This document shows positions 30,544-42,921 of a stretch of DNA of 64,000 nt, piece by piece (within the stretch, counting starts at the first letter, position 1; each line of letters starts with the position of its first letter). The translations under genes and the position numbers were made by a program. The notes under the pieces were generated by a model, which saw nothing but the letters and a program-made list of their open reading frames with translations, searched no databases and was not told the origin of the DNA. The DNA comes from an uncultured delta proteobacterium. GTDB taxonomy: Bacteria; Myxococcota_A; Polyangia; Haliangiales; Haliangiaceae. The stretch covers positions 32,001 through 96,000 of the forward strand of contig CAWKDB010000010.1 in the NCBI GenBank assembly GCA_963848295.1. The letters are read 5' to 3'.

Positions 30544-31026
30544 CTACATTCCGGACAGCATCAGCCAGCGATGCCCGTCCCACTCCCACGCGAGCTGATT
30601 CTGATCGCGCTTGTCGGGGCGAATCGGCTTACCGAGCGCGTTCGTCAACGTGAAGCTCGCATCGATCAGCACGTCGACCTGGGCGCGGCATCCGGGCTTG
30701 AGCTCGACGCACGATTGGTGGACCGCGACGTACCGCATCGAGTAGCGGATGTCGCTCGCCTTTTGGAACCGCGAGTCGAGGACGTTGCGCAGGCCGTCGT
30801 AGCCATAGTCGTCACTGCCCGACGGTGTCCCCGAGTCTTCCCAGTACTGCTTGTGCGCCATCAGCATCAGCGCATCGATGTCGCCGCGCTCGACCGCGAG
30901 GCGATATTCCTCGCAGGCATCGAGCACCGACTTGTTCTCCGAAGAGAACGGGATGCGTGTCCCTGGAACGTAGTGAACCGGAGCGGCGCACGCGCACATC
31001 AATAAGAGGACAACCAACCGCTTCAT
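30544..31026 (-). CDS. Lipoprotein, NTF2/DUF4440-like
   Basis: Lipoprotein signal; YRLAVERGDIDAL; terminal WLMLSGM. Confidence 0.7.
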   Translation of the reverse strand: MKRLVVLLLMCACAAPVHYVPGTRIPFSSENKSVLDACEEYRLAVERGDIDALMLMAHKQYWEDSGTPSGSDDYGYDGLRNVLDSRFQKASDIRYSMRYVAVHQSCVELKPGCRAQVDVLIDASFTLTNALGKPIRPDKRDQNQLAWEWDGHRWLMLSGM

Positions 31027-31068
31027 TCGCGAGGAGCACCTTTGCAGAACACGCGCCAGCGCGGGACG

Positions 31069-32043
31069 CTACACCGCGGCCGTAAGTTCGCCAAGCGCTT
31101 GGCCCTGCCATGCGTGCGTACGCGCCAGAAAGGCACGGAAGTCCTTCTCGGGGTTCGCGACCCTTGCCAAATAGACATCCGTGATTCGCGTGATCGTAAA
31201 TCGCAGGGCGGCGGCTCGCAGCTCGATCGGCAGCGCGGCGCGATCGGCCTCGGTCAGCGCCCTCACCGATTGATAGCCGGCGATCAGCGCCGCCGCGAGA
31301 TCGATGCGCGGCCGATCGGTCCAGCACCAATCGTTGATCGCGACCGCGAGATCGTAGACGAGGCTGCCGCCCGACGCCTGCTCGAAGTCGAGCACCGCGG
31401 TGATCGCGCCGTCCTGCCACAGCACGTTGTCGCGAAACAGATCGCCGTGGATCATGCCGAACGCGGCGCGCCGGCGCACGGACGACGAGCTCTCGCAGTA
31501 CGCGAGCTCGTCGCCGATCGTCGCGATCGCGTCGGCGAGCGCAGGATCGTCCCGGTCCGCGAAGCGATCGTAGCGCGCGACGAGGTGCGCGTGATCGTAG
31601 ATGCTGCCGCGACGCCACGCGGGCGGTAGCTCGAGCCCGATGCGATGGAGCTCGCCGAGCGTCGCGCCGAACGCCTGGGCGATCGCCTCGGTGATCTCGC
31701 CCGCCGCGAGGTGACCTCCGGCTCGCCACGGGAAGATGCTGACCCACTTGCCGAGCGCACCGGCGAGCGGAGCATAGGGCCGCCCGTCGCGCGCGATCAG
31801 TGGCGGCGGGGTCACGAACCCACTGGCGGCGAGCGCGGTGACCAGCCGGGCCTCCCACGCGACATCGACCTCGGCCTTGCCCTCGTTGACCCGCGCGAAG
31901 TAGCGACCGCGATCGGTCGTCACGTCGAAGTTGGTGTTGATCGTGCCCGCCGCGATCGCTCGGTGCCCGCAGATCGAGCCCAGGTCGAACGCCTCGCCGA
32001 GCGCTCCCCATTCCTCGACGCCGAGCGCCGTGAACACACCCAC
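31069..32043 (-). CDS. thrB: Homoserine kinase type II (APH family)
   Basis: GTG at 32043: MGVFTAL; GTINTNF, IHGDLFRDNV, LDFE, RFTITR. Confidence 0.85.
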   Translation of the reverse strand: MGVFTALGVEEWGALGEAFDLGSICGHRAIAAGTINTNFDVTTDRGRYFARVNEGKAEVDVAWEARLVTALAASGFVTPPPLIARDGRPYAPLAGALGKWVSIFPWRAGGHLAAGEITEAIAQAFGATLGELHRIGLELPPAWRRGSIYDHAHLVARYDRFADRDDPALADAIATIGDELAYCESSSSVRRRAAFGMIHGDLFRDNVLWQDGAITAVLDFEQASGGSLVYDLAVAINDWCWTDRPRIDLAAALIAGYQSVRALTEADRAALPIELRAAALRFTITRITDVYLARVANPEKDFRAFLARTHAWQGQALGELTAAV

Positions 32044-32085
32044 GGGCGGGAACCTAACAGAGATCTGATCTGATAGCTTCACTCG

Positions 32086-32778
32086 GTGGAGGCTCGCGAT
32101 CGGTCGCGGTTGGTCGAGCAAAACCTCGCGCTCGCGCACAAGGCCGCCGCGATGATCTACCCGCGCGTCCGCGATCACATCGAGCTGGACGAGCTCGTCG
32201 CCCTGGGCAACACGGGGCTCGCCGAGGCCGCGCAGCGCTTCGATCCCGATCGCGGCGCGTCGTTCGCGACCTTCGCGTGGTATCGAGTCAACGGCGCGAT
32301 CGTCGACGGCTTGCGCCGACAGACCCAGCTGCCGCGCCGGACCTGGGCCAAGCTGGTCGCGCTGCGCGCCGCGGGCGAATACCTCGAGCAACGCGGCGAG
32401 GCGCAAGCAGGTGCGATGCAACGGGGCGCCGCTCCGGTCGAGGGCAGCGATGCGCTGCGCGAGATCCGAGACGCGATGTCCGCGATCCGGACGATGTACG
32501 TGACCTCGCTCGACGCGATGCGCGACCGCGGCTTCGACACCGCCGACGGCGCCCCGGCGAGCGACGCCCAGCTCGACACGAGTCGGTTCGCGGCGAAGCT
32601 GCGCGCGGCGATCGAAGGCCTGCCCGATCGCGAGCGCGCGCTCGTGACCAAGCACTACTACGAGGGAAAGAATCTGCTCGAGGCCGGCGCGGAGCTCGGG
32701 ATCTCGAAGTCGTGGGCGAGTCGGCTGCACGCGCAGGCCGTGGAGAAGCTGCGCATGATCGTCGACGATCCGGGTTAG
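32086..32778 (+). CDS. Sigma-70 family sigma factor, FliA/WhiG-like
   Basis: GLAEAAQRFDPDRGASFATFAWYRVNGAIVDGLR; region 4 LGISKSWASRLH. Confidence 0.9.
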   Translation: MEARDRSRLVEQNLALAHKAAAMIYPRVRDHIELDELVALGNTGLAEAAQRFDPDRGASFATFAWYRVNGAIVDGLRRQTQLPRRTWAKLVALRAAGEYLEQRGEAQAGAMQRGAAPVEGSDALREIRDAMSAIRTMYVTSLDAMRDRGFDTADGAPASDAQLDTSRFAAKLRAAIEGLPDRERALVTKHYYEGKNLLEAGAELGISKSWASRLHAQAVEKLRMIVDDPG

Positions 32779-32836
32779 ATGTCGGGGCGCTGCCTACATC
32801 GCAGATCGCACACCGGTCGATCTACAATATCGAGGC

Positions 32837-35925
<3,089 letters not shown>

Positions 35926-35929
<4 letters not shown>

Positions 35930-36888
35930 AGAGCATCGCGATCGCACTCGCCATCCTGTTCGCAGCGGCGGCCCCGGGCCACGCGGACACGCCGTGGGCC
36001 CAAGGCGTCTCGAAGGCGACGCAGGATCAAGCGAACAAGCTGTTCGATGAAGCGAACACGCTGTTCGCGCAGCAATCGCACACCGCCGCGCTCGAGAAGT
36101 ACAAGGCCGCGATCGCGCTGTGGGACCACCCGCTGATTCGCTACAACATGGCGGTCACGTTGATCCGGCTCGAGCGATTTCTCGAGGCGTCCGACGCGCT
36201 CGAGAAGGCGCTGCGATTCGGCGCCGCGCCGTTCAACAAGGACCTCTACCAGCAGGTGCTGACGAACCAGAAGCTGCTCAACGCGAGCGTCGGCTTCATC
36301 GACTCGAGCTGCGACAAGAAGGGCGCCCACGTCTTGCTCGATGGCAAGCCCTGGTACGACTGCCCCGGTACGAAGAAAGAACGCGTCCTCGCCGGCGAGC
36401 ACGCGGTGATCGGCGAGCTCCAAGGTTATCTCACGAGCTCCGAGAAGATCGTCGTCGCGGGCGGCGCGACGGTGACCGAGAAGGTCAAGCTCATCCCGAT
36501 CGACAGCGCGGTCGCACTCAAGTATCCCCACCCGCGCTGGCAGTCGTGGACGGTCGCCGCCGGCGGCCTGGCGGTCGCGCTCGGCGGCGTCGGCGTCTGG
36601 CTGAACGGCAAGTCGACGATGGACAACTTCGAGGCCGACTTCGCGCGCCAGTGCGCGAACGGCTGCCCGAGTGCGCTCGACACGCCGGACCTCGCGTCGC
36701 TCGAGCGCGAACGGTCGAGCGCCGAGCTGCAAGGTAAGATCGGCGTCGGCTTGATGATCGGCGGTGGCGCGGTCGCGGTGACCGGTATCGTCATGACGAT
36801 CATGAACCGGCCGCGCCGCGTCCTGCCGAACATCGAGGTGATGCCGCAACCCGGTGGCATGGCGGCGAGCTACAGCGGCCATTTCTAG
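35926..36888 (+). CDS. Secreted TPR/PEGA-like protein
   Basis: Signal peptide, TPR helices, PEGA-like beta region, C-terminal hydrophobic hairpin ending GHF. Confidence 0.75.
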
Positions 36889-36901
36889 CTACGCTGCGGG
36901 C

Positions 36902-37879
36902 ATGAAACACACCACGAAGCTCGGGGCGAACGGGCCCGAGGTCGGTCGCGTCGGCCTCGGCTGCATGGCGATGTCGGGGATCTACGGCGAGACCGACGAC
37001 GCCGCGAGCATTCGCGCGATCCACGCCGCGCTCGAGCTCGGCGTCAACTTGCTCGACACCGGCGACTTCTACGGCATGGGCCATAACGAGATGCTGCTCG
37101 CCAAGGCACTCGCCGGCCGGCGCGACCGGGCGATCGTGTCGGTGAAGTTCGGCGCGCTGCGCGGGCCCGACCACAGCTGGGGCGGCGTCGATACCCGGCC
37201 GGTCGCGGTCAAGAACTTCGCGGCGTACAGCCTCAAGCGGCTCGGCATCGACGTGATCGACATCTACCGCCCTGCCCGACTCGATCCGGCGGTGCCGATC
37301 GAAGACACGGTCGGCGCGATCGCCGATCTCGTCAAGGGCGGCTACGTCCGCTACATCGGGCTATCCGAGGTCGGCAGCGAGACGATCCGGCGCGCCGCCG
37401 CGGTCCATCCGATCGTCGACGTCCAGCTCGAGTACGCGATCGCGACCCGCGGGCCGGAGACCACCGTGTTCCCGACCCTGGCCCAGCTCGCGATCAGCGC
37501 GACGCTGTACGGCGTGTTCTCGCGCGGCCTGCTCACCGGCGGCAAGACCACGGGCAAGGGCGACATGCGCGGTCACCTCCCGCGGTTCGCCGGTGGCAAG
37601 AACGCCGACGTCGTCGGCCGGTTCGCCGCGTTCGGCAAGCAGCGCGACCTGACGCCGGCCCAGCTCGCGATCGCGTACGTGCTCGCCAAGCAGCCCGCGC
37701 TCGTGCCGCTCGTCGGCGCCAAGACCGAGGCCCAGCTGCGCGACGCGCTCGGCGCGCTCGACAAACCGCTCTCGGCCGCGGACGTGACCGCGCTCGAAGC
37801 CGTGGTCCCCGCCGATGCGATCACCGGCACGCGCTACGCACCGGCGCAGATGGCGCACCTCGACAGCGAGCGCGGCTAG
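36902..37879 (+). CDS. Aldo/keto reductase
   Basis: VGLGCMAMS, LDTGDFYG, SLKRLG, YIGLSE. Confidence 0.92.
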   Translation: MKHTTKLGANGPEVGRVGLGCMAMSGIYGETDDAASIRAIHAALELGVNLLDTGDFYGMGHNEMLLAKALAGRRDRAIVSVKFGALRGPDHSWGGVDTRPVAVKNFAAYSLKRLGIDVIDIYRPARLDPAVPIEDTVGAIADLVKGGYVRYIGLSEVGSETIRRAAAVHPIVDVQLEYAIATRGPETTVFPTLAQLAISATLYGVFSRGLLTGGKTTGKGDMRGHLPRFAGGKNADVVGRFAAFGKQRDLTPAQLAIAYVLAKQPALVPLVGAKTEAQLRDALGALDKPLSAADVTALEAVVPADAITGTRYAPAQMAHLDSERG

Positions 37880-37991
37880 CGTGCCCGACTGCAGCTGGTC
37901 TCGTTGCGCAGCACGAACTGGCCCACGTGCGATCAGCTCTTCGGCGTACGCAGCGGCCCCACCGACGAAGCTTCGACGAGGAGATCCTCGC

Positions 37992-38486
37992 CTACCTCCG
38001 CGCCATGCGAGTCGCAATTCGGTACGTGCTCACGACGAGATCGAAGTGTTTCCGAACATCGACTCGAAACCCATGCCGGACCTGCGGATCGATGATCTCG
38101 AAGCCGTGAGCATCGACCTTTTCGAGCAAGCTCCAGATCGGGGAGAATCGCTCCTCGTCGCCGTCATGAGGGACCGCGATGCCGCCGGTCCCGTCGATGC
38201 AGACTTCGATCGTGAAGCCGGCGAGCGAATGGTGAAATTCGACAGGCTGCCGTCGCGCTTCGATCTCAGCGTCGCGCTCGAAGCTATCGGCAATGCGCGC
38301 AACTCTTCGCGCAGCATCCTCGGTTGACATCCCACGGCCGACAAGCTCGGCGATCCGCGCATCAGCCGTGGTCGCGGGCCGCGGGACCAACGTCAGCTGT
38401 GGCTCGCTGGCCCGGAGCGCGTCCAGCAAGCTACGCTGGACGGCTTGGCCCGGCGGACCGGAGAAGAATTGAAGATCGTAGCTCAC
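37992..38486 (-). CDS. Hypothetical protein
   Basis: 164-aa ORF filling the intergenic gap; no recognised motif. Confidence 0.5.
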   Translation of the reverse strand: MSYDLQFFSGPPGQAVQRSLLDALRASEPQLTLVPRPATTADARIAELVGRGMSTEDAARRVARIADSFERDAEIEARRQPVEFHHSLAGFTIEVCIDGTGGIAVPHDGDEERFSPIWSLLEKVDAHGFEIIDPQVRHGFRVDVRKHFDLVVSTYRIATRMARR

Positions 38487-38570
38487 CTACGCGTCAACCT
38501 AACATGCCTCAGTCCTGCCCTTCGCCCGCGCGCCGCGCGCGCTAGCGGGCGCGCGCTACCGCCTTGCGCG

Positions 38571-39701
38571 TCAGCCGACGCGCGCGACGTCGGCCGGCGC
38601 GAGCGTGCCGTGCGACTGGTAGTGATCGAACAGCTGGCCCCACGTCGTGCCGGCTTTCCATTGCTCGAACACGTGGCGATCGCGCAGCGGCCAGCGGTAG
38701 TAGTCGTGATAGGCCTCCGAGCCCATCACGAACAAATTGACGAGTGGCGTGTGGAAGAACAGCTTCTGGAACCGCTTGAGCGGCCCGAACCACATCACGT
38801 CGCCGACCATCGACGCGCCGTTGTCGCCGACCGAGAACCCCCAGCGCTGATCGGCGAGCGCCTCGTCGCCGACGATCTCGATGTTCTCGCGCCGGCCGTT
38901 GCCCAGGCCCTGCTCGTCGGCGAGCTTGATGTACTCGAGCGCCATCGGATCGAAGCCCATCATCGACGCCGCGACCGCATCGATCGCGACCTGATCGGCC
39001 GACGCGAGCATGACGTCCTTGATCACCGGGCGCATCGTGCGCGGGCCCGGGCCATCGCCAGCGGTCGTGCCGTCCATGATCGCGAACAGCCCCGAGTGGA
39101 TCTCGCGCTGGATCGCGAGCAAGTCGACCAGCGTCGCGTGGATCCACGAGTGCGTGTAGTGCCGCTTCGTGTTGAGCAGGCCGCCGAACGCGTTCTTCAT
39201 CGCGCCGGTCGTCGTCGTGTAGATGTGGCACTTGACGGTCGGCAGGTGCACGATGTTTGCGCCGTGGAACGCGTCCGGGATCTGGATGCCCTCGGGGAAG
39301 ATCGTGTCGAGCACGTTCATCTTCGCGCGCGGCCGATACACCGACCAGGTCATGTCCTCGGGCTTGAAGTTGTAGCGGACCGGGATATCGTAGCGCTTGA
39401 AGATCGGGACGTAGCCGTTGAGATCCTCGCCTTTGAACGCATCGGTCACGACGGTCTTGTTCTGCACGCAGATCTGGTCGGCGTAGCCGCGCGCCTTGAG
39501 CGAGCGCACCGTGCCCTCGAGCTGCCACGGCGTCGTGTTCGCCCCGGGGAACGGGAAGTGCCACGAGATGTTGTCCTTGAGGATCGTCTGCGCCCCCGGG
39601 GCGAGCGCCTGCTCCACCCCGGCCAGGCCACACAGGCGATCGACATCGTCGAGGACGCGGTCGGGATGAACGCGGAGGACCGCGACCTTGGAACGAGCCA
39701 T
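38571..39701 (-). CDS. DUF362 domain protein
   Basis: ILKDNISW, LPTVKCH, TGAMKNAFG, DGTTAGDGPGP, DQVAIDA. Confidence 0.85.
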   Translation of the reverse strand: MARSKVAVLRVHPDRVLDDVDRLCGLAGVEQALAPGAQTILKDNISWHFPFPGANTTPWQLEGTVRSLKARGYADQICVQNKTVVTDAFKGEDLNGYVPIFKRYDIPVRYNFKPEDMTWSVYRPRAKMNVLDTIFPEGIQIPDAFHGANIVHLPTVKCHIYTTTTGAMKNAFGGLLNTKRHYTHSWIHATLVDLLAIQREIHSGLFAIMDGTTAGDGPGPRTMRPVIKDVMLASADQVAIDAVAASMMGFDPMALEYIKLADEQGLGNGRRENIEIVGDEALADQRWGFSVGDNGASMVGDVMWFGPLKRFQKLFFHTPLVNLFVMGSEAYHDYYRWPLRDRHVFEQWKAGTTWGQLFDHYQSHGTLAPADVARVG

Positions 39702-39756
39702 CTCGAGAACTTAGCAAAAACTTGCCCGCGTAGATCGCAGGTACGAGGCTGGCCTG

Positions 39757-39963
39757 GTGTCCGAGACCCTCTACAGCAGCACCTATACGCCGGATCCCAA
39801 GAGCGCGCGCGACGTGCTCGCGTTCGTGCTGACCCCCGCCGGGGCGTTCGCGCACGCCGACGATCCCGAGGAGCTCGCCGCGGTCGAGGAGCTGCTCGGC
39901 GAAGCGAAGGTCGAGGCCGTCAAGCGTTGGTATGCGCTGCGCGGCGAAGACGTGCGGAGCTAG
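39757..39963 (+). CDS. Small hypothetical protein
   Basis: 68-aa ORF with host-like codon usage between two minus-strand genes. Confidence 0.5.
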   Translation: MSETLYSSTYTPDPKSARDVLAFVLTPAGAFAHADDPEELAAVEELLGEAKVEAVKRWYALRGEDVRS

Positions 39964-39982
39964 CCCCGGCCGGTCCGAACCG

Positions 39983-40921
39983 CTAGACCGTCTTCGCAGG
40001 CGTCGGCGGCGCGTAGGTGAACGACATCCGCTCGGTGTAGAGCTCGACCTTGACCATCTTGTGCTCGTCGGTGCCGGCGTCGGACTTGTCGGGCGTGACC
40101 GCGATGATATCGGCGTTGAAGAACTCGAGCGTGAACAAGTCCTTCTTGCCGTTGTCGTAGGTCTGGAGCATGCCGTGCAGTCGGCCCGGCATGTTGCCGT
40201 CGTTGATCATCCGCTTCGTGACGTGATCGAAGAACGGTTGGGCGTCCGCCTCCGGCAAGTAGAACGCGATCGTCGGCCAGTCGATCTGGCTCGGAGTCTT
40301 CGTCGGAGCCTTCACACCACCCATGTGGTACTCGAGCACGTTCTGCTTGATCGTGAACGAGTCGACCTTCGTGATGCGGTGACACGCGTCTTCGAACGTG
40401 TCGACGTGGAACCGGAAGTTTCGCGCGGTCCACAGCTTCTGCTTGTTGAACCCAGCCGGTTGCGGCAGCGCGTGACCGTCGCCCTTCTTGAACACGATGC
40501 CTTCGACCGACAGCCCGATCGTCATGTAGACCGCGGTGCCGTCGTGACCTTCGAGCTTCGGGAATGTCAGCTCTTTGATCATCGCCGCGGTGAACTCGCG
40601 GCGCGCGCGCTCTTTGTAATAGAAGTCCGCGGCGACGATCGCGCCGCTCTTGCGGACGGCGTCACCGGTGAAGAAGTTCGAGATCCAGGTATAGAACGGC
40701 GCGGACATCGCCATGCCGACTTGCAGCTTGATGTCCTCGAACTTCGGCTTGCCGAGCTGACGCCAGCGCTCGTAGGTCGTGCCGTTCTGGTAGGTCATGA
40801 CCTCGGCTTTGACGCCGCCGCCTTCGATCGACCGGAACAGGCCAACGTTGTCCTTGTGGTCGAGCTCGAGCGCGAAGTGCGCGGCGGCGTAGGACCGGTT
40901 CTCGGTGGTGGGTAGTGGCAT
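39983..40921 (-). CDS. Phage tail tube (T4 gp19/Afp1-like) protein with two tandem domains
   Basis: Domain 1: HFALELD..F.SIEG..GKPKFEDIKL..W..RKSGAI; domain 2: NFRFHVD..EY..P..I.W.TI..LEFFNA..VELYTE. Confidence 0.8.
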   Translation of the reverse strand: MPLPTTENRSYAAAHFALELDHKDNVGLFRSIEGGGVKAEVMTYQNGTTYERWRQLGKPKFEDIKLQVGMAMSAPFYTWISNFFTGDAVRKSGAIVAADFYYKERARREFTAAMIKELTFPKLEGHDGTAVYMTIGLSVEGIVFKKGDGHALPQPAGFNKQKLWTARNFRFHVDTFEDACHRITKVDSFTIKQNVLEYHMGGVKAPTKTPSQIDWPTIAFYLPEADAQPFFDHVTKRMINDGNMPGRLHGMLQTYDNGKKDLFTLEFFNADIIAVTPDKSDAGTDEHKMVKVELYTERMSFTYAPPTPAKTV

Positions 40922-41044
40922 GCGGGTTAGGCCTCGCGAACAGTGTACACGGGGGCGTTTCTCGCCTCGCGAGCTAGGCGTGACCTCCCCATGCTACGGT
41001 GATCGGGCGGTTGGTCTTCCTAGAGCGATGGCGCATATCCAGCT

Positions 41045-42067
41045 ATGCATGATCCCGGCGCTGATAACGGATCTGCTGGAAATCTAGACGGAATTCGCGA
41101 AGGGCTGCCCCGCTGGGGGATGGTCAAAGGCGTCGCGACCGGGGCGGTCATCGAGGTCCCGGCGATCGCAGGCGCGGTCTGGTTGCTCGCACGTGTCGGC
41201 GTGGGCAATCGCGCGGAGCCGTACCTGGCCGATCTGAGGCTGACCGCGGTGTTCGCCGGGGTCGCCGCGCTCGTCACCGCGGCCGGGCTCGGCCGGCTCG
41301 CTGCGGTCGCGTCGCTCGACGGCGGCCGCCGGCACGCGATGACAGTCACCGCGCGAGCTCATGCCGCGGCGTCGGCCGCACTCGTGCTGATCGCTGCGAT
41401 CCCGCACGGCGAGCTGCCCGATCACGCGCTCGGCTATGTACCGTTCTTGCTCGGCGGCGCGGTCGTCGGCGCGCTGTGCGGCGCGGTGATCGGCGCGATA
41501 TGCGGCGGCGCGGCGCCGGTGGGAATCGCCGATGTCGTCGCGCTCGCCCGCCGGCCTAGCGAAGCGTTGCGCCAGCTCCTCGATCCGGATGACCTCGTGA
41601 AGATCGGCACGGCGCTGCGCGAACGCACGAGCCACTTGTTGAGCGGGATGTTCGAGCCCGGCCCCAAGCCGCCGAGCGAGCACGACGAAAAGCCACCGCC
41701 CGACGACAAGTCGGGCGAACGCCCGACGCGTAGCGCCGCCGAAGGCGGAGCGAAGGTCGACGACAAGTCGGGCGAACGCCCGACGCGTAGCGCCGCCGAA
41801 GGCGGAGCGAAGGTCGACGACAAGTCGGGCGAACGCCCGACGCGTAGCGCCGCCGAAGGCGGAGCGAAGGTAGACGACAAGTCGGGCGAACGCCCGACGC
41901 GTAGCGCCGCCGAAGGCGGAGCGAAGGTCGACGACAAGTCGGGCGAACGCCCGACGCGTAGCGCCGCCGAAGGCGGAGCGAAGGTAGACGACAAGTCGGG
42001 CGAACGCCCGACGCGTAGCGCCGCCGAAGGCGGAGCGAAGGTAGACGACAAGGTCGAGCCGCCGTGA
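41045..42067 (+). CDS. Membrane protein with C-terminal 19-aa tandem repeats
   Basis: Four hydrophobic helices, then (DDKSGERPTRSAAEGGAKV)x6. Confidence 0.75.
   Translation: MHDPGADNGSAGNLDGIREGLPRWGMVKGVATGAVIEVPAIAGAVWLLARVGVGNRAEPYLADLRLTAVFAGVAALVTAAGLGRLAAVASLDGGRRHAMTVTARAHAAASAALVLIAAIPHGELPDHALGYVPFLLGGAVVGALCGAVIGAICGGAAPVGIADVVALARRPSEALRQLLDPDDLVKIGTALRERTSHLLSGMFEPGPKPPSEHDEKPPPDDKSGERPTRSAAEGGAKVDDKSGERPTRSAAEGGAKVDDKSGERPTRSAAEGGAKVDDKSGERPTRSAAEGGAKVDDKSGERPTRSAAEGGAKVDDKSGERPTRSAAEGGAKVDDKVEPP
41702..42052 (+). repeat. 57-bp tandem repeat x6 plus 9 bp; double-hairpin unit
   Basis: Units start at 41702, 41759, 41816, 41873, 41930, 41987 and differ at one base; stems GTCGGGCG/CGCCCGAC and CCGCC-GAA-GGCGG. 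Confidence 0.95.
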
Positions 42068-42921
42068 CGAACGAGCAGTCCGATCGAACCGCGCCGCCCT
42101 TCGCCGGCGCGGCTGGTCGGGGGCGAGCCTCGACCGTCGAGGTACGCACGCTCGCGATCGCGTTGCTCGCTTCGCTGCTGCTGTGGAACCTGCCGTTCGG
42201 CGGCGTCGTGCTCTACCCGTTCAAGCTGCTCGCGACCTGGCTACACGAGCTGTCGCATGGTCTCGCGATGATCGTGACCGGCGCGGGGCTCGACCACGTC
42301 GAGATCTATCGCGACACGAGTGGGCTGGCGTATCCGAGCGCCGGCACCGGCGCGTTCGGCAGCGCCGTGATCGCGGCGGCCGGCTACATGGGCACGCCTC
42401 TGTGGGGCGCGCTGCTGCTCGTGATCACGCCGACGCCGCGCGCGGCGCGAACCGCGTTGCTCGTGCTCGCCGGGTTGTTGCTGCTGACCGTCGTCACCGT
42501 GATCACGCCGACCCCGCAGGGGGACGTGCTCGGCCGGTGGGCGCTCGTCGCGATCGCCGCGGCGTTCGCGGTCGCCGCGACCGTCGTACCGGCGCGCTGG
42601 CGGCTCCACGTCGCGCACTTCGTCGCCGCGCAGGCCTGCGTCAACGCGCTACTCGACATCCGCGTGTTGCTCCGGCCATCGCAGGTCGTCGGCGGCAACG
42701 TGACGAACGCGTCGGACGCGCAGAACATGGCGGCGGCGACGTTCGGCACGACCGCGACCTGGGCCGTGTGGACGTGGGCGATCGTGTGGCTCCTGTGGTC
42801 GCTCGCGGTGCTGTTCGTCGCGCTGCGGCTCGTGCGCGCTCGAGCGACGCCGAACGACGATGGCGAGGACCGTCAGCGCGACGAGGCGATCGCGACCGAA
42901 CCGAGCAGTCCACCGAAATAG
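42064..42921 (+). CDS. M50B family membrane metallopeptidase
   Basis: HELSHG, AAGY, SDA motifs; multiple TMs. Confidence 0.85.
   Translation: MTNEQSDRTAPPFAGAAGRGRASTVEVRTLAIALLASLLLWNLPFGGVVLYPFKLLATWLHELSHGLAMIVTGAGLDHVEIYRDTSGLAYPSAGTGAFGSAVIAAAGYMGTPLWGALLLVITPTPRAARTALLVLAGLLLLTVVTVITPTPQGDVLGRWALVAIAAAFAVAATVVPARWRLHVAHFVAAQACVNALLDIRVLLRPSQVVGGNVTNASDAQNMAAATFGTTATWAVWTWAIVWLLWSLAVLFVALRLVRARATPNDDGEDRQRDEAIATEPSSPPK
42080..42140 (-). repeat. Coding double-hairpin element, copy in M50 peptidase N-terminus
   Basis: Reverse strand TCGACGGTCGAGG...CCCCCGACCAGCCGCGCCGGCGAAGGGCGGCGCGGTTCGATCGG; closely similar to 56676-56724. Confidence 0.8.

Noticed and set aside
32044..32730. Long N-terminal extension on homoserine kinase
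   Set aside because: It is the antisense of the sigma factor gene; the kinase starts at GTG 32043
39983..40921. Prophage around the tail-tube gene
   Set aside because: No other phage structural, packaging or integration genes flank it
41702..42052. Possible CRISPR array
   Set aside because: Units are contiguous and near-identical with no unique spacers, lie in frame in a CDS, and no cas genes are present
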